Of a DNA stretch of 64,000 bases, positions 36,101 to 49,689 are shown in pieces (within the stretch, counting starts at the first letter, position 1; every line of letters starts with the position of its first letter). A program made the translations under genes and the position numbers. The DNA comes from Takakia lepidozioides. Lineage: Eukaryota > Plantae > Bryophyta. Where the stretch lies: the NCBI GenBank assembly GCA_030704615.1, contig CM060731.1, forward strand, positions 24,366,001-24,430,000. Reading direction: 5' to 3'. The notes under the pieces are model-generated. The model made no database searches. It saw nothing but the letters and a program-made list of their open reading frames with translations, and had not been told where the DNA came from.

Positions 36101-39100
36101 GTATCTTCCTCACCTCTCTTTCTTGTGTCATGCTTTCTCTTGTCCCATAAGCTCTTTGAGCTTTCTGCGGACGTTATAAAGTTTCGTTTCATATTGCACA
36201 AGGGATTGCCTAATAAGAGTCATGCAGGTATGCTGCCAAGCATTTCTGATCCTTGTAGTGGAAGACCTCCGTGAGAGATTGGGTATCACGGACTAGACAA
36301 TAGAATCTCCCACAGATCTCATAGTAGAAAGGACAGTGAAAGAAGAAATGTTCTTCACGTTCGATTCACAATTGACACTAAAGGAGGGCCTAGGGGACTA
36401 ATACAACCAGGAAACACTATAACATTGACAGATTGTACTCATAAGACGTTGTTTGCCGTAGCCTTGTGGCCATTGACAGAGAGAAAAAGAGAGAAGAAAG
36501 CAAGAAACTTATAACATCAACTCAAAGGGCCCAAGGGGCAGACATGATAAAGCCGTAGAACCACAGAAATCACAGAGCAAATCAAAGCTCAAGCTGTTCA
36601 CCAATGCACAGTGCCTATGAAGGTAAGCCATTAAGCATTTCACATCCTCCTAACTAGAGGCCTCTGCCAGAGACAAAAGAAACTTATGTCTTTTGCATGA
36701 AGCCCGAAGGACCCAACGGACACAATAAGAACCACACAAATCAAATAACAAATCAACGAGAGAGAGTACCATGAACACCGTAATCTTGGTTGTCTGTTAC
36801 GAGGCGTGCATATACAAGAGCGTGAGTAGATGCCTTGCCCAGCCCTCCAGGCCACCACTACAACCAATAGGCCCATGACAAAGAAATCAAAACCAAAGTT
36901 TAAGTGTTCTTCTGTTTGTATCTTTGACAGAAGCACAAACCGTTCAACACTTCACTTTCTTCTCTGTCTGAAGCGAAGGAAGTAAATCCATTCCTGTTCA
37001 TCACATTTCACCCCTAAAAATTCAATAAAATGCCCCACAATGAAATGCCAAGCTTGATATATTACACCTTTCAAGTGTAAAATCTCATAGGTATGAATGA
37101 AAGCATCAACCATCCTATCAATTTTGCAACTCCTGGCCGGAGACAGTGATCTTACTCATGTAATTCATGGCCCACTGCAAACCAATGGGACCTGGGCACT
37201 CACATTGGAGGTTCAATAACATACAAGTGTCTGGGGAGCTCACACCTCAGGGCTATTGGGGTGACTGTGCAACTCTACTGGAAGAACTTCAAAGGAAAGG
37301 AACCATCATAGAGTGGTTCTCTAGTTCAATAATTTTGATCCCTAAATAGCTTTCAAATGGATATTAAGCTGGAATAGAAACACCTGCTTCCTCTGGTCAA
37401 AATTCAGGAGTCTTCAGTTGTACAGAAAGGTTAATATCGACAAAACAGTCATCAATAAACAAACCTCCACAAATGGATGTCCAACATCTGTGCAGCAGCT
37501 AGCTTAATCAGAGGTACTTGTTTTTCAATAAACAAACCTCCCAGCATCAGTGCTGCAGTAATAAAATGTGCTCCAATTTCAGTCCAATAACTACAGTGGC
37601 AATCCAGTCTGTGCAAGATGTTTCAAAAGCCTGTACTCACTTTTGTGGATGTAAGTGTGGGACTGTGTAGCACAAATTCATCTGTCAGGGGATCAAAGGT
37701 AGCTGTAGTTTCCAGGCCCTGCACATTGGATCCATGGCCAAGTTCGGTCTGAGCATAACACCCAATTATCGACATGCTGTAAGCTAGCGGCAGCCACTTA
37801 TCCTGCTGTTCTTCCGTAGCCTGGCCCTTCAGAGCAGGTATAAACATGCCCTGCACAAAATGTACCCCAGCCTCACAATTAGGTCGGTGATTCCTCCCAA
37901 ATTAGCTGAGCAGAGCACAGATATCATTGATTTTGAGGACAAACTGCACAGGAATAAGAGTACATGCTCATAAGGACCAACCTTTGGCACATGTAGTCAA
38001 GCCAATAACAGCTATCCTACGGAAACAAAGAAGAATACGAAGGGGAAACATATACAATCACATCTGCAGCATCATCAACCACTTGTCTCATCTTGTTCTA
38101 CCTTATGAACTCTACCTGCATGGAAACTTACACATACAGAGTAAAACTATGATCATGGAGCAAATAAACATGCAGGAGGGAGCCATGGAAAGGAGTGACA
38201 TTGTAGGACACTTCTAAACTTATTTCACTGCCAGGAAAGGAACAATACTATAAAGGCTAAACGTTCCAACATTAAACCATTGGACACTGCTACTCCTTCA
38301 TCAGTGTAAAATGAATACACTGTCCAATGAGTCCACTGCCGATCCTGAAGTGGACCTGCCCCATATTTGCTTCACTTAGCCAGGTATGGGCACAGCTGAC
38401 CACTGACATACCATAAGCAGCCATCCCCAATAGCTAAGGTCCTGCCAACTGTATAAGAACGTGTCTACTTGATTATAAGCTACAATGGTTTTCCCTCTGT
38501 AGGAGCAAGGCCAACAAATGGAATAAATAGGCATTTAGGAATGGGAACATTACCTTCTGCTTACATGTGGACAAAAGATGAGCATACAAAAGCAGTCACC
38601 AAGCTTTGGGAAAAGGAGAGACGTGATACCCAATGCAGGTCTGTGTAAGCGGGCTCGTCAACAAAAGACCGTAGCTTCCTTGCTTCTTCCTCTGTTTTCA
38701 CAGGAGCATCTCGCCACTCAATCCTCAACTGCTAGAAGAAATAACCAGAGCTCCATTCCCCAAGCCATGGACGTACGAGCAATGACAACATTGTTCTACA
38801 CAACAGAAATTGCGAGTTCCTCCAATCTTCTTCATATAGCAAATGTCCCTTTGACAGAAAACAAAACGTGTATTGGCTTATTCTAATACTCAGACAGATG
38901 ATAAATGAAGCACACACATACAATAGACCATCTTCAAACTCATACATCCTCTGTTATTTTACACACGTCATATACAACGGCAGGGGAATTGGCTATGAAA
39001 AACATCTGGAGGAAATTATGAAGTCTGCAAGGAATGACTCATTAGTCATCCCCTAGTAGCTTCTCCAGATTCAAGAGGTCATGATTGCTGCAGCATTCAT

Positions 39101-40598
39101 GCTTCATAACTACAACTGACAACATCCGTGAACATCGTTGTTGACTGTCCACAGCAACTTTGGACTACTCAAGGAGGAGCATAACAAGAAACTAGCTTTC
39201 CAATTTCAGACATCTCTGACGAGCATATTATGAAAGTTCTTCCTTCCATGTAGGATGAACAGAAGAGAACAGAACAAGAGATACCATTGAGATTAAGCTC
39301 CATGATGAGCTTCCATGCATGCGCTGCTTTCTTCAGGGAACCCTTGTACAGATCCTTGCGGGCTAGCCTGACCCTGTCATCCTTTGCAAATACCTGGTGA
39401 CACAAATCCATTAACAAAAAACCCACCATCAGATATCCCTTCACTTAGCTAGAAGTCACACAGGACAGATCCCCCCCCCCCACAAACTATGCAATCAGCA
39501 CTAGTCCTCTCTGTCTATCTGTCTGTCTCTTTAGGTAGTGAAAGGGATTTGTAATCCCTACATTCAAACATCTCATGAGAGACTTTGGAGTCAAAGAAAG
39601 AGTAGAAAGTTAAAATATCGTCATCTGTATTATCTTTCACAATGTTGTTCAGCCAGTAGGATAATTCTGCATATCACAGCTTCAATTCAATCAGTACCAC
39701 CCAAAGAGAATCATCCAAACCATAAAATTCCAAACAACCAATGAGTTTGGAAAACGCAATGAATGGGACTGTGAACTTGAATGCTAAGGTTTCTTTCCTT
39801 CTGAAAATCTTTAAAAAGTGGTAAAGAGGAGGGCAATTTTGATAAGAGACCAATTGCAAGTTATACTCTGCATCTGCACCCTGATTGCTCAGAACACCGA
39901 AATCAGATTGTCCGTTACAAATCCACTAGTGGATTGCAGTAGAACATTAAAGGTTCAAGTTTATGTCTCCCAATGGTTTATGTTTCATTTTCACAGCACA
40001 TGCTAACGGATCTAGAGCCATCCATGTTGCGTTGGACCCAAGCTGAATTTGAGTGTGTAACTAGAGAGAATGTGGTGAATTAACCTTGCAACCCTTGCAA
40101 CCTGTTTCTTAAGAGCAGCTAGCAAATAATCCCCAGAAATTGGCTTTTGGATAACCAAATCTGCAAACCCACTTGGATTCACTTCGCGAGAAACATACAT
40201 GAGGTGCCTAAACCCGTTCTAAGAAACACGGATGAGACGCAACCCACTATAGTTTTCAGAAAAAACAATTCATTCCTGGTGCTCGACTTCGGAAAGGGTC
40301 CTAGTCCAATCCATACCACACATGGTCGGCCAACTGAAAAGGGCTGGGAAATGTCTTGTGAAAGGGAGAGAAGATCACACTTGTAGTAAAAACACAGAGA
40401 ATTCTTTTTTTTGGGGGGGGGGGGGGGTGGAATTACCGGATCGCTGGCAACCAAATTGGCCATTCTAGTGGAGACCTCATAGGCATGCTGGCCACCTGCA
40501 AGCAGCACCTTCATGGCCTGCAAATCAAATTGTGCGGCCTCTCTCTCCCCAGCTAAGTAATCCACAGCCGAACCTTCTTTCTCGGATATGGCCTCCAT
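30120..40598 (-). CDS. ACX1: Peroxisomal acyl-CoA oxidase, ACX1-like, 14 exons, about 672 aa, C-terminal PTS1 SKL
   Basis: Exons 40598-40437, 39393-39285, 38691-38630, 37850-37641, 36857-36770, 35861-35699, 33960-33762, 33429-33232, 33054-32923, 32623-32503, 32121-32011, 31295-31226, 30913-30730 and 30329-30120. All are GT-AG and total 2019 bp in frame. Motifs include [29 protein letters not shown] and TYEGDN. Confidence 0.95.
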
Positions 40599-40904
40599 CG
40601 CTCTCTCCCTCTCTCCTCTCTCTCTCAGATCGCACTCTCTTCCGTCCCTGCAATCCTTCTCTTTTCTGGATTCCCTGCCACCGTCGCGCACATGCCCTGG
40701 ATGACTGCCTTCATATCGATGGCCTCTATAATGTGAATAATGGATGAATGAGACATGTGATTTGTACTTTTTGGCTCTCTTGTAGAGACAGCATGTTCAA
40801 GTCACCGGAGAAACTTATGTGGTGAGTGGACCTTATGACCTTTTTCTTTTTCTTTTTTTTCTTTTTTTAAAGAAAAGGGACGGAGGCCTCAAAACTTTAT
40901 AGAT

Positions 40905-43830
40905 ACTAGGATAGCCTGTGCCGTTGGCCCAAGTGTCCACTGTCCAAGTGTAAGATAATATAATGCCTCCAGAAGGAAGCGTAAATTATGGTGTCTCTTC
41001 AGCCCCAAGGGGTTACTGCCTTCCGCTAGGGAGGTGGACACCTCTTTGTGACACCAAGGGTGGATTGAACCCACAACCACTTCCGAGGTGGTATGTGTGC
41101 CCATCACGACTGGGCTATAACTTGGTTGTCCAAGTGCAAGATCTTATATGTATCCTAGATCTTATATGTATCCCATTGCGTCTCCAATGTAGAGGCCCAA
41201 GTGTGACCTCTAGGGTGGCATGTGCCGATGGCCCAAGTGTCTAGTGTCATCTATGTCCAAGTGCAATCCCATCTATACCGAGACCCCACTGTTTGGAAGA
41301 TTTAGGGTAGCCTGTGCCATTGGCCCACGTCTGAAGAATTGAAATCTAAGCCCGAGTGGGAAATCAAGAAGTCTATTGCCCTACAAAAGATATGATTACT
41401 GATGTTTTGACAAGAAACTTGCCAAAGCCAAAACACATCAAGTGTTCACTTGAACTTGGTGTGATGTCTCCAAAGACATTGGAAGGTTGAGATTACGTGG
41501 TTATCTCGCTGAGAGAGGGGGTTGGAAAATAGCTCCATATTCAACGAATCTACAACTTGACTTGTAGATAAAGTTAGAGGCATTAAAAGAACTCTAAATA
41601 ATCAATATATGAATCGAGACGTTTGTTTGTTTGTTTGTTTGTTTTGTTGTGTTGTGTAGCGTTGAGATGTCCCAAAACCGCAAGGCCCCAACACTGGTGC
41701 TTGGTCCCGTTGGAAAACCCTCGACGAGGAGGGGTGCACGGGCTTGGTGACCTGCGGTGTGGGAGATGTGGAATTTCAAGTAACTTTGGGTCGCTGGAAA
41801 TTCATGAAAAATTGCAAAGTGGGCATTCAGACAATGGTTGGAGCCTCAACAGGAGAGATATCAAGGGAAAGGTCTCCGGTTCAAATCTGGTCGTAGGTTA
41901 TGTGGAAAAAAAATGATTAGATATGGCTTGCTTCATATATTGACTAGGGTAGCATGTGCCATTGGCCCAAGTGTTCACTGCCATCTAAGCCCAAGTGTAC
42001 GATCTTATATGTATCCAAGTGCGTCTCCTATGTCGAGGCCTAAATGCGACTTCTAGGATATCGTGTGCCTTTGGCCCATGTGAGAAGAATTGAAATCTAA
42101 GACCAAGTGCAATTTCCTATGTATCCGAGTGTGTCTCCCATGTCAAGGCCCAAGTGTCATCTCTAGTGTAGCCTATGCCGTTGGCCCATGTGTGAAGAAT
42201 TGAAATCTAAGACCAAGTGCAATTTCCTATGTATCCAAGTGCGTCTCCTATGTCGAGGCCCATATAAACCCAAGTGCAATATTCTATTCAGGTATCCAAG
42301 TACATCTCCCATGTTGAGGCCCAAGTGTCCAATGTCATCTAAACCAAATGCAATCCCCCGTGTATCCAAGTACGTCTCCCATGTCAAGACCTCATTTATT
42401 TTTTTCCATGAATTTATTGAGTAATAATATATCCAATCATTATTGATATATCTCCCGTCTGGGTAGCCTGTGTCTTTTGCCCAAGTGTCAAGTGTCATCT
42501 AAGCCCAAGTGCAATCTCCTATGTATGCAAGTGCGTCTCCTATGTCAAGGCCCAAGTGCGACCTCTAGGGTAGCCTCTGCCGTTGGTCCAAGGGTCCAAT
42601 GTCATCTAAGTCCAAATGCAATTTTTTTCCACCAAGCCTACGACCAGATTTGAACTGGAGACCTTTCCCTTGATATCTCTCCTCTCGAGGCTCCAACCAT
42701 TGTCCCAGGAATTCCCACTTTGATATTTTTCGGGAATTTCCAGCGACCCAAAGTACTTGAAATTCCACGTCTCCCACACCCTAGGTCCAAAAGTCATGAG
42801 ACCACGCCCGTGCATCCCTCCTCGTCGAGGGCTTTCCAACAATACCAAGCACCAGCGTCGAAGCCTCGCAGTTTGGGACATCTCAACGCTACAAAACAGA
42901 ACAAACAAACAAACAAACAAACAAACAAACGTCTCGCTTCATATATTGATGCACTTGGACTTAGATGACATTGGACACTTGGCCCAACGGCATAGGCTAC
43001 CCTAGTCAATATATGAAGGAAGCCAGTTTGTTTGTTTTGTTTTGTTTTGTTTTGTAGGTTGAGATGTCCCAAACACGGGCCCAGCGCTGGTGGCTTGGTC
43101 CTGTTGGAAAGCCCTTGATGAGGAGGGGTGCACCGGCTTGGTCTCATGAATTTTGGACCTACGGTGTGGGAGATGTCGAATTTCAAGTACTTTGGGTCGT
43201 TGGAAATTCGTGAAAAATAGCAAAGTGGGCTTTCCTGGGACAATGATTGGATATATGAAGCCTCGACAGGAGATATATCAATAATAAAGTAAATTCATGG
43301 AAAAAAATAAATTGGTACTCTTGTTTTATGGAAATTTGCAAAAAACAGCAAAGTGGGCTTTCCTCGAACAATGATTGGATATATTACTACTACTCACTAA
43401 ATAAATTCATGGAAACAAATGGGAGATATGGAATTTCAAGTATTTTTGGTCGTTGGAAATTCGCAGAAAATAGCAAAGTGGGCTTTGGAAACCAAACCGA
43501 AACAAAACAAAACAAACAAACAAACTGGCTTCCTTCATATTGATCGAATTTCAAGTACTTTTGGTCGCTGGAAAACAGCAAAGTGGGCATTCCTCGAACA
43601 ATGATTGGATATATTACTACTACTCACTAAATTCAATGTTCATGGAAAGAAATAGATTGGGTTTTTCAATATATGAAGCATGGAAACCAAAAATAAATAA
43701 AACAAAACAAAACAAACAAACAAACTACCTTGCTTCATGTAGTGAAATAACCAATTTATTTTTTCCATGAATTTAGTCTATTATTGATATATGAAGCAAG
43801 GTTGTTGTTTATTTCTTTTGATTTATAGTT
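40905..43830. repeat. Array of short interspersed and inverted repeats resembling non-autonomous Helitron ends
   Basis: Many copies of ctagggtagcctgtgccgttggcccaagtgt...ccaagtgcaa and tcaatatatgaag...(gttt)n. 41600-41915 and 42620-42950 are inverted copies, and 43005-43250 is a direct copy. Confidence 0.75.
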
Positions 43831-43973
43831 GCTTCATTCACATCTCAAAAGGTATGTTCGAAAAGGTACCAATAAGCTAAAAATATATAAACCCCTTCAC
43901 ATACGAAGATGGATATCATTATTTTCTTTCATATTATTCATCCAATATTTTTCTCCTCCATCTATAAAGAAGC

Positions 43974-46900
43974 ATGCCTTCTAGACGTCAGGCAGTGTTA
44001 GTTTACGTACAGAACGTGCACGAGCACGGCAACGTGTTGCTAGAGCAAGAGATGCAAAAACCAATGACGAAAGGAAGAAAAGGCTATGTGCTCAGGCCGC
44101 TTATCAAGCACCCCATGCAGCAGCCGTTAGGGCCGCAGCGACCTCCACTCAAGCGGAAGAAAGGCTGGTAGCTCAGGCCGCTTATCAAGCACCCCATGTA
44201 GCAGTGGTTAGGGCCGCAGAGTCCTCCGCTCAAGCGGAAAAAAGGCTGCAAGCTCAGGCCGCTTATCAAACACCCCATGTAGCAGCTCTTAGCTGGGGCG
44301 CAGAGTCCTCCGCTCAAGCGGAAAAAAGGCTGCGATTGCAAGCGAATTATCAAGCGGTACATGTAGCAGTGGTTCAGGCTATAGAGTCTTCCGCTGAAAC
44401 AGAAGAAATGCTCCAAGCGCAGGCTACGTATCAAGCACCCCATGTAGCAGCTGCTAGGGCCACAGAGTCTTCTTCTGTAGTAGAAGAAAGGTTGCGAGCG
44501 CAAGCAGCCTATGTCGCTGATGTACGGGCCGAAGAGATGGAAGAACAACGAGCACAAAGATTACGTGATCAGGCTGTTTATCAAGCTAGACAAAAGACAC
44601 CGTTCTTTGAAGCAGGGGTGCGCCATAACTTGGGCAATATGGATGTTGTATGTCGACATTGCGGTGCTCTTCATTGGATGGCCAAAAAACTTACTGAGAA
44701 CAGTATTCCAAATCCATTATTCGGCACATCATGTTGTCATAAAGGTAAAGTTTCATTACCGTTGCTTCGACGCCCACCACCTATCTCCATGCATGAAAGA
44801 ACCCAAGTGTTCAAAACGGTATCCAAAGGCCTTCCAAGAAGAGACCTCCATGGATGTTGATGGATATCCATTATATCAAAGGAGAGTCGCGGCTATGAAA
44901 CACGAGGACATTTGGTGGACAATTGGGATGTGGTGCCCTATCATCCATTCCTATCTAGGAAATGCGAGTGCCACATCAACATAGAGGTATGCGCTTCAAT
45001 ACTCGCTGTAAAATATATTCATAAATATATTCACAAAGGACATGACCGAACTACTATGCAATTTGGTCGATAACCAAATGAGGTCGAGAAATACCAACTT
45101 GATGCTCGGTATGTCAGTGCACCCGAGGCGGCATGGTGTTTATTTGCGATGGAGATGCATAAGGAGCAGCCAAATGTGGTATGTCTTGCTCTACACTTGC
45201 CGGGGATGCACATAGTGGTATTCAATGAAAACGAAGATGTCCAAATGGTCCTTCAAAGAGCAGAGCGGGAAACAACAACGTTAACTGCGTATTTTGCTAG
45301 ATGTGCAATAGATCCAAATGCTAGGCAATACACATATCTTGAATTTCCCCAACACTATATTTGGAAGGTTGCTACAAAAGAGTGGAGACCTAGAGTACTT
45401 GGATTCGCATTAGGAAGGTTATATTTTGCTGATCCAACTGCCGGAGAACGTTATTACCTCCGGTTGCTTCTTACGATAGTTCAAGGACCTATCTCATTTG
45501 AACACCTCCGAACAGTGTGTGGTCATGTTTACGACACATTTAAAGAAGCATGTTTTGCAAGGGGACTGCTGGAAGACGATAGAGAGTGTTGCATGTCTAG
45601 AGGAAGTTTCACTTTTCCGTACAAGATCACAACTACGACATTTGTTTGTGACATTACTTACGTTTTGCACTCCTATTGGACAATTGTAGGAACAATTTCG
45701 TCATCATCTATGCGATGATTTATGACATCGGCTGCAAGTACAACACTATCTTGACGACCCCACTGAGCATGAAGTATACGATTACGGATTATTTCTCATT
45801 GACGAATCTTTGAGGGAACATCACAACACTTCATTGTCCGCCATACCAGGTATGCCGCAATCCATATTGGAGTGGATATTACATTGCCCAAATCCACTCA
45901 TTGCAGAACAACTTGACTATAATCGTGAAGAGCTTGCATCCATAGTCGAAGAACGTGTACCCCAACTTAATGTTGAACAATCTATTGCTTATCCTGAAGT
46001 CGTAACATCAGTGAACGAACATCGTGGTACAACTTTTTTCATCGAAGGACCGGCCGGAACAGGAAAAACATTTGTTTACAACACCATCACCCCTGCACAA
46101 GGCAAGATCGTTATATGTGTTGCTTCTTCTAGTATTGTTGCTATCCTACTTGATGATGGACGAACTACACATTCTACTTTCAAACTTCCAATCCAGATCA
46201 ATGAAGATTCAATACATGTGCTATAGATAAAACATCGCAACGAGGGGATCTTCTCCGAGAATGTTCCTTGATCATCCGGGATGAAGTTCCTATGCAACAA
46301 CGGCATTGTCCGGAGGCAGTTGATCGTACACTGCAAGATATACGTGATGACAACAGACCTTTTGGAGGCCTCACTGTAGTATTCAGATGAGACTTTCGTC
46401 AAATTATGTCTGTTATTGTAAAGGGATCTAGAGGACAAATCGTAGGAGCCTCGCTTCGAAGGTCAATATTGTGGCCCGGTATATGTATACTAAGGTTAAT
46501 AGAAAACATGCGTTTGACTCAAGAATCTTTGGAAAATCGGCAGTTCGCGACCTCGCTGCTACAAGTTGGAAGTGGAACCATTCAAGTCGATGAGCATGGC
46601 AACATTCCTCTTCCACAACGAATGGTGCATGGTCGACATATACAATCACTAGTTCACTATGTCTACAATGGTATTCGAGATATAAATTCATACAACGATG
46701 AATACTTCAAAGATCGAACCATATTATCAACTCGAAATGATGTTGTTGGCAGTATCAACAATGATATAATTCACATGTTCCAAGGAGCTCTTCGAACATT
46801 TCATGGTGTAGATTTAGCACTTCTTGAGGTAGGTGCTGATTATCATAGTATCCTACAGAATATCTCAATTCTTTGGAGTTGTCGGGATTGCCACCTTCGA

Positions 46901-47140
46901 AGCCCAATCTTAAAGTTGGATGTCCAATCATGTTGCTGCGTAATATAGCTCCAAAACGTGGGCTTTGTAATGGTTCACGACTCATAGTCACACGTCTCAA
47001 TGATCGCGTCATTGAGGCACGCATTTTAACTGGTACACGTGCTGGAGAAACAACATTCATTCCCAGAATCACATTACAACCTACTACATCATAGATACAT
47101 TTAAAATTCACTCGAAGACAATTTCATGTGAAGCTACACT
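43974..47140 (+). mobile_element. Degenerate Helitron Rep/PIF1 helicase
   Basis: CRHCGALHW...CCHKGKV, KYIHKYIHKGHDR, GERYYLRLLL...GPISFEHLRTV, Walker A GPAGTGKTF and [12 protein letters not shown]...GLCNGSRL, with frameshifts, stops and an internal deletion. Confidence 0.92.
44090..44520 (+). repeat. 81-bp (27-aa) coding tandem repeat in the Helitron N-terminus
   Basis: gctcaggccgcttatcaa occurs at 44090, 44171 and 44252 with diverged further copies. The peptide unit is approximately AQAAYQAPHVAAVRAAESSAQAEERLQ. Confidence 0.85.
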
Positions 47141-47539
47141 ACAATAGATCGCAATATATATGACTGCCAACCCGCGGTAGTCATGGTTTTCCTGACTATG
47201 ACCATGACTTCCCTATATTTTTAGACCAAATTGAGCTTTACGTAGTTGTTCAGATGACTACGTAGTCACGTAGGCATCCGTAGTCACCTAGGCATCTGAG
47301 GGACTACGTGGTTAGACGTTTGAATGACTACGTGACCCCGCACTAGACGGAATGTTGGTCAACGATTGTTGACCAGCGCAAGCTCACCACCAAATAGTCG
47401 CCGGAATGACTTCTCGTGCAAGCTTGGTAGCCAAAAGGTTAAAAAATTCAAAAAGTTATTTATAGGGTTGCACATTGGAGGGCTGGGACTTAGCCTTCTT
47501 TTGGCTTTCTTGTCTCTTGCGCGTTTTTTTAGTATAAAG

Positions 47540-49682
47540 CGGATAGATGTTGTGTCATGGAACTTGAAGTCCCAGGATATGCAGGGGGCATGGGATGGAG
47601 GCTTTACAGACCTGCAGGAAGGGCGAGGATATGTAGAGTATGGGCGTGATATAGAGGCTTTGGAGACGTATGAGCAAATAATGCGGGAAGGGGTGAAGCC
47701 GGACCGGGTCACGGTCATTTGTGTTTGCAATGCGTGTGCGAGCCTGGCAGCCCTGGACAAGGATAAAAGGTCCATGGTGACATTGTCAAATTTAGGGTAT
47801 CCAGAAACAGGTAACAGAGACAGTTGTGGCAGTATTGAGGATACAAAGGGAGTGTTTGAGAATATGGCTGAATGAACCTAGAGTGTGATGATCACGGGAT
47901 ATGCCCCAACATGGATGTGGGATGGAGGCATTGGAGACCTATGAGCAAATGATGCGGGAAGGGGTAAAGGCAGACCTGGTCACATTCGTTTGTAGATGCA
48001 ATGCGTGTGCGAGCCTTGCAGCCCTGGAAAAGGGCAAAGAGGCCCATGGTCACATCATCAAAGCTAGAATTGTACCAAATGTCATTCCAAACGATACCCT
48101 GGTAGACATGTATGCCAAATGTGGCAGCATCGAAGCTACAAAGGGAAGGCAAATATTGCTTCCATTGAGCGTTTTCATCTGTCTTCCTAGTGCAGAGGCT
48201 TGGGGGCAACACACTACAGCACAATCCATGTTTTATGAATGAGCGTTGATCACGTGGATTTACTAATGGCGGGAATCATTTTCGACTTGTTTTCAGCCTG
48301 CTTTGCCCCCACATCAGACTCGGCCCTGAATTGCTCGGCGGAGCAGAGCTGGCATGAGGGTTTTACAAATCCTTCACGATGGTGGGACAACCGCGATCGC
48401 AAGGTGTGGCTTTTTCTTAATGTACAATGTGAAGAAGTTTGTCCATCCTGCAAATGTGGCTCTTGGCTTTTGGCTCTTGGCAGAAAAGCTGGAAGGTTGG
48501 TGCACACTCACATTGTCCAAAGTGGATTCACGCATAATGCTTTTCTCCTCAACACCCTTGTCAACAGGTATGTTAAGGGGAGCATCATGGATTATCACCA
48601 AGTGTTCAACACAGAATGCCTCAATGATCTTTGATCACGTGGAATATAATGTTGGCAGGATTTACCAAGCACGGGCGTGGTACGAATGCCTTGGAGACCT
48701 GTGAGCAAATGATGCGCGAAGGGGTGAAGCCCAACCACATCACGTTTGTTTGTGTTTGCAATGCGTGTGCAAGCCTGGAAAAGGGGAAAGAGGTCATGGT
48801 GACATCGGTCAAAGCTGGAATTGCACCAGATGTCATTCTGAACATTGCCCTGATCACCTGGACATGTACGCCAAATGTGGATGCATTGAGGATACAAAGG
48901 GAGTTTTTGACACTATGGCTGAATGAGATGTGGTGTCGTGGAGTGCGATGCTTGCAGGGTATGCACAGCAAGGACGTGGGATGGAGGCTTTGGAGACCTA
49001 TGAGCCAATGATGGGGGAAGGGGTGAAGCCCGGCCACATCATGTTTGTGTGCATTTGCAATGCTTGTGCAAGCCTGGCAGCCCTGGAGAAGGGCAAAGAG
49101 GTGCATGGGGATATCATCAAAGCTGGAATTTTACCAAATGTCATTCTAAACATTGCCCTGGCAGCTCTAGAAAAGGGGAAAGAGGTCCATGGCGACATCT
49201 TCAGAGCTGGAATTGTACCAAATGTCATTCTGAACCATACCCTGGTGGACATGTATGTAAAATGTGGGTGCATCGAGCCCTGGACAAGGGCAAAGAGGTG
49301 CATGGGGATATCATCAAAGCTGGAATTGTACCAAATGTCATTCTGAACACTGCCCAGGCAACTCTGGAAAAGGGGAAAGAGGCATGGCGACATCTTCAGA
49401 GCTGGAATTGCACCAAATGTCATTCTGAACAATACCCTGGTGGACATGTATGCAAAATGTGGGTGCATCGAGGATACAAAGGGAGTGTTCAACACTATGG
49501 CTGAACGAGATGTGGTGTCGTGGAGTGCAATGCTTGCAGGGTATGCACAGCAGGGATGTGGGATGGAGGATTTGGAGACCTATGAGCAAATGATGGGGGT
49601 AGGGGTGAAGCCCGGGACAAGGGCAAAGACGTGCATGGGGATATCATCAAAGCTGGAATTGTACCATATGTCATTCTGAACA
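47540..49682 (+). pseudogene. PLS-class PPR gene remnants, internally tandem-duplicated
   Basis: Repeated DVVSWSAMLAGYAQQG.GMEALETYEQM..EGVKP..VTFVCVCNACASLAALEKGKEVHGDIIKAGIVPNVILNNTLVDMYAKCG with many frameshifts. Confidence 0.9.
48297..48403 (+). pseudogene. Orphan exon resembling the PDF motif of organellar ssDNA-binding (OSB) proteins
   Basis: ttttcag|...AEQSWHEGFTNPSRWWDNRDRK|gtgtgg. W...NP..WWDNR..K is the OSB PDF-motif signature. Confidence 0.6.
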
Positions 49683-49689
49683 CAACCGA

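Noticed and set aside
40905-42610. CRISPR-like appearance of the recurring ccaagtg units
   Set aside because: The context is eukaryotic, spacing is irregular, the spacers are themselves repeated, and there are no cas genes.
47168-47470. Possible MITE (caaccc...gggttg with gactac/gtagtc internal motifs)
   Set aside because: The inverted termini are only 6 bp and there is no matching TSD.
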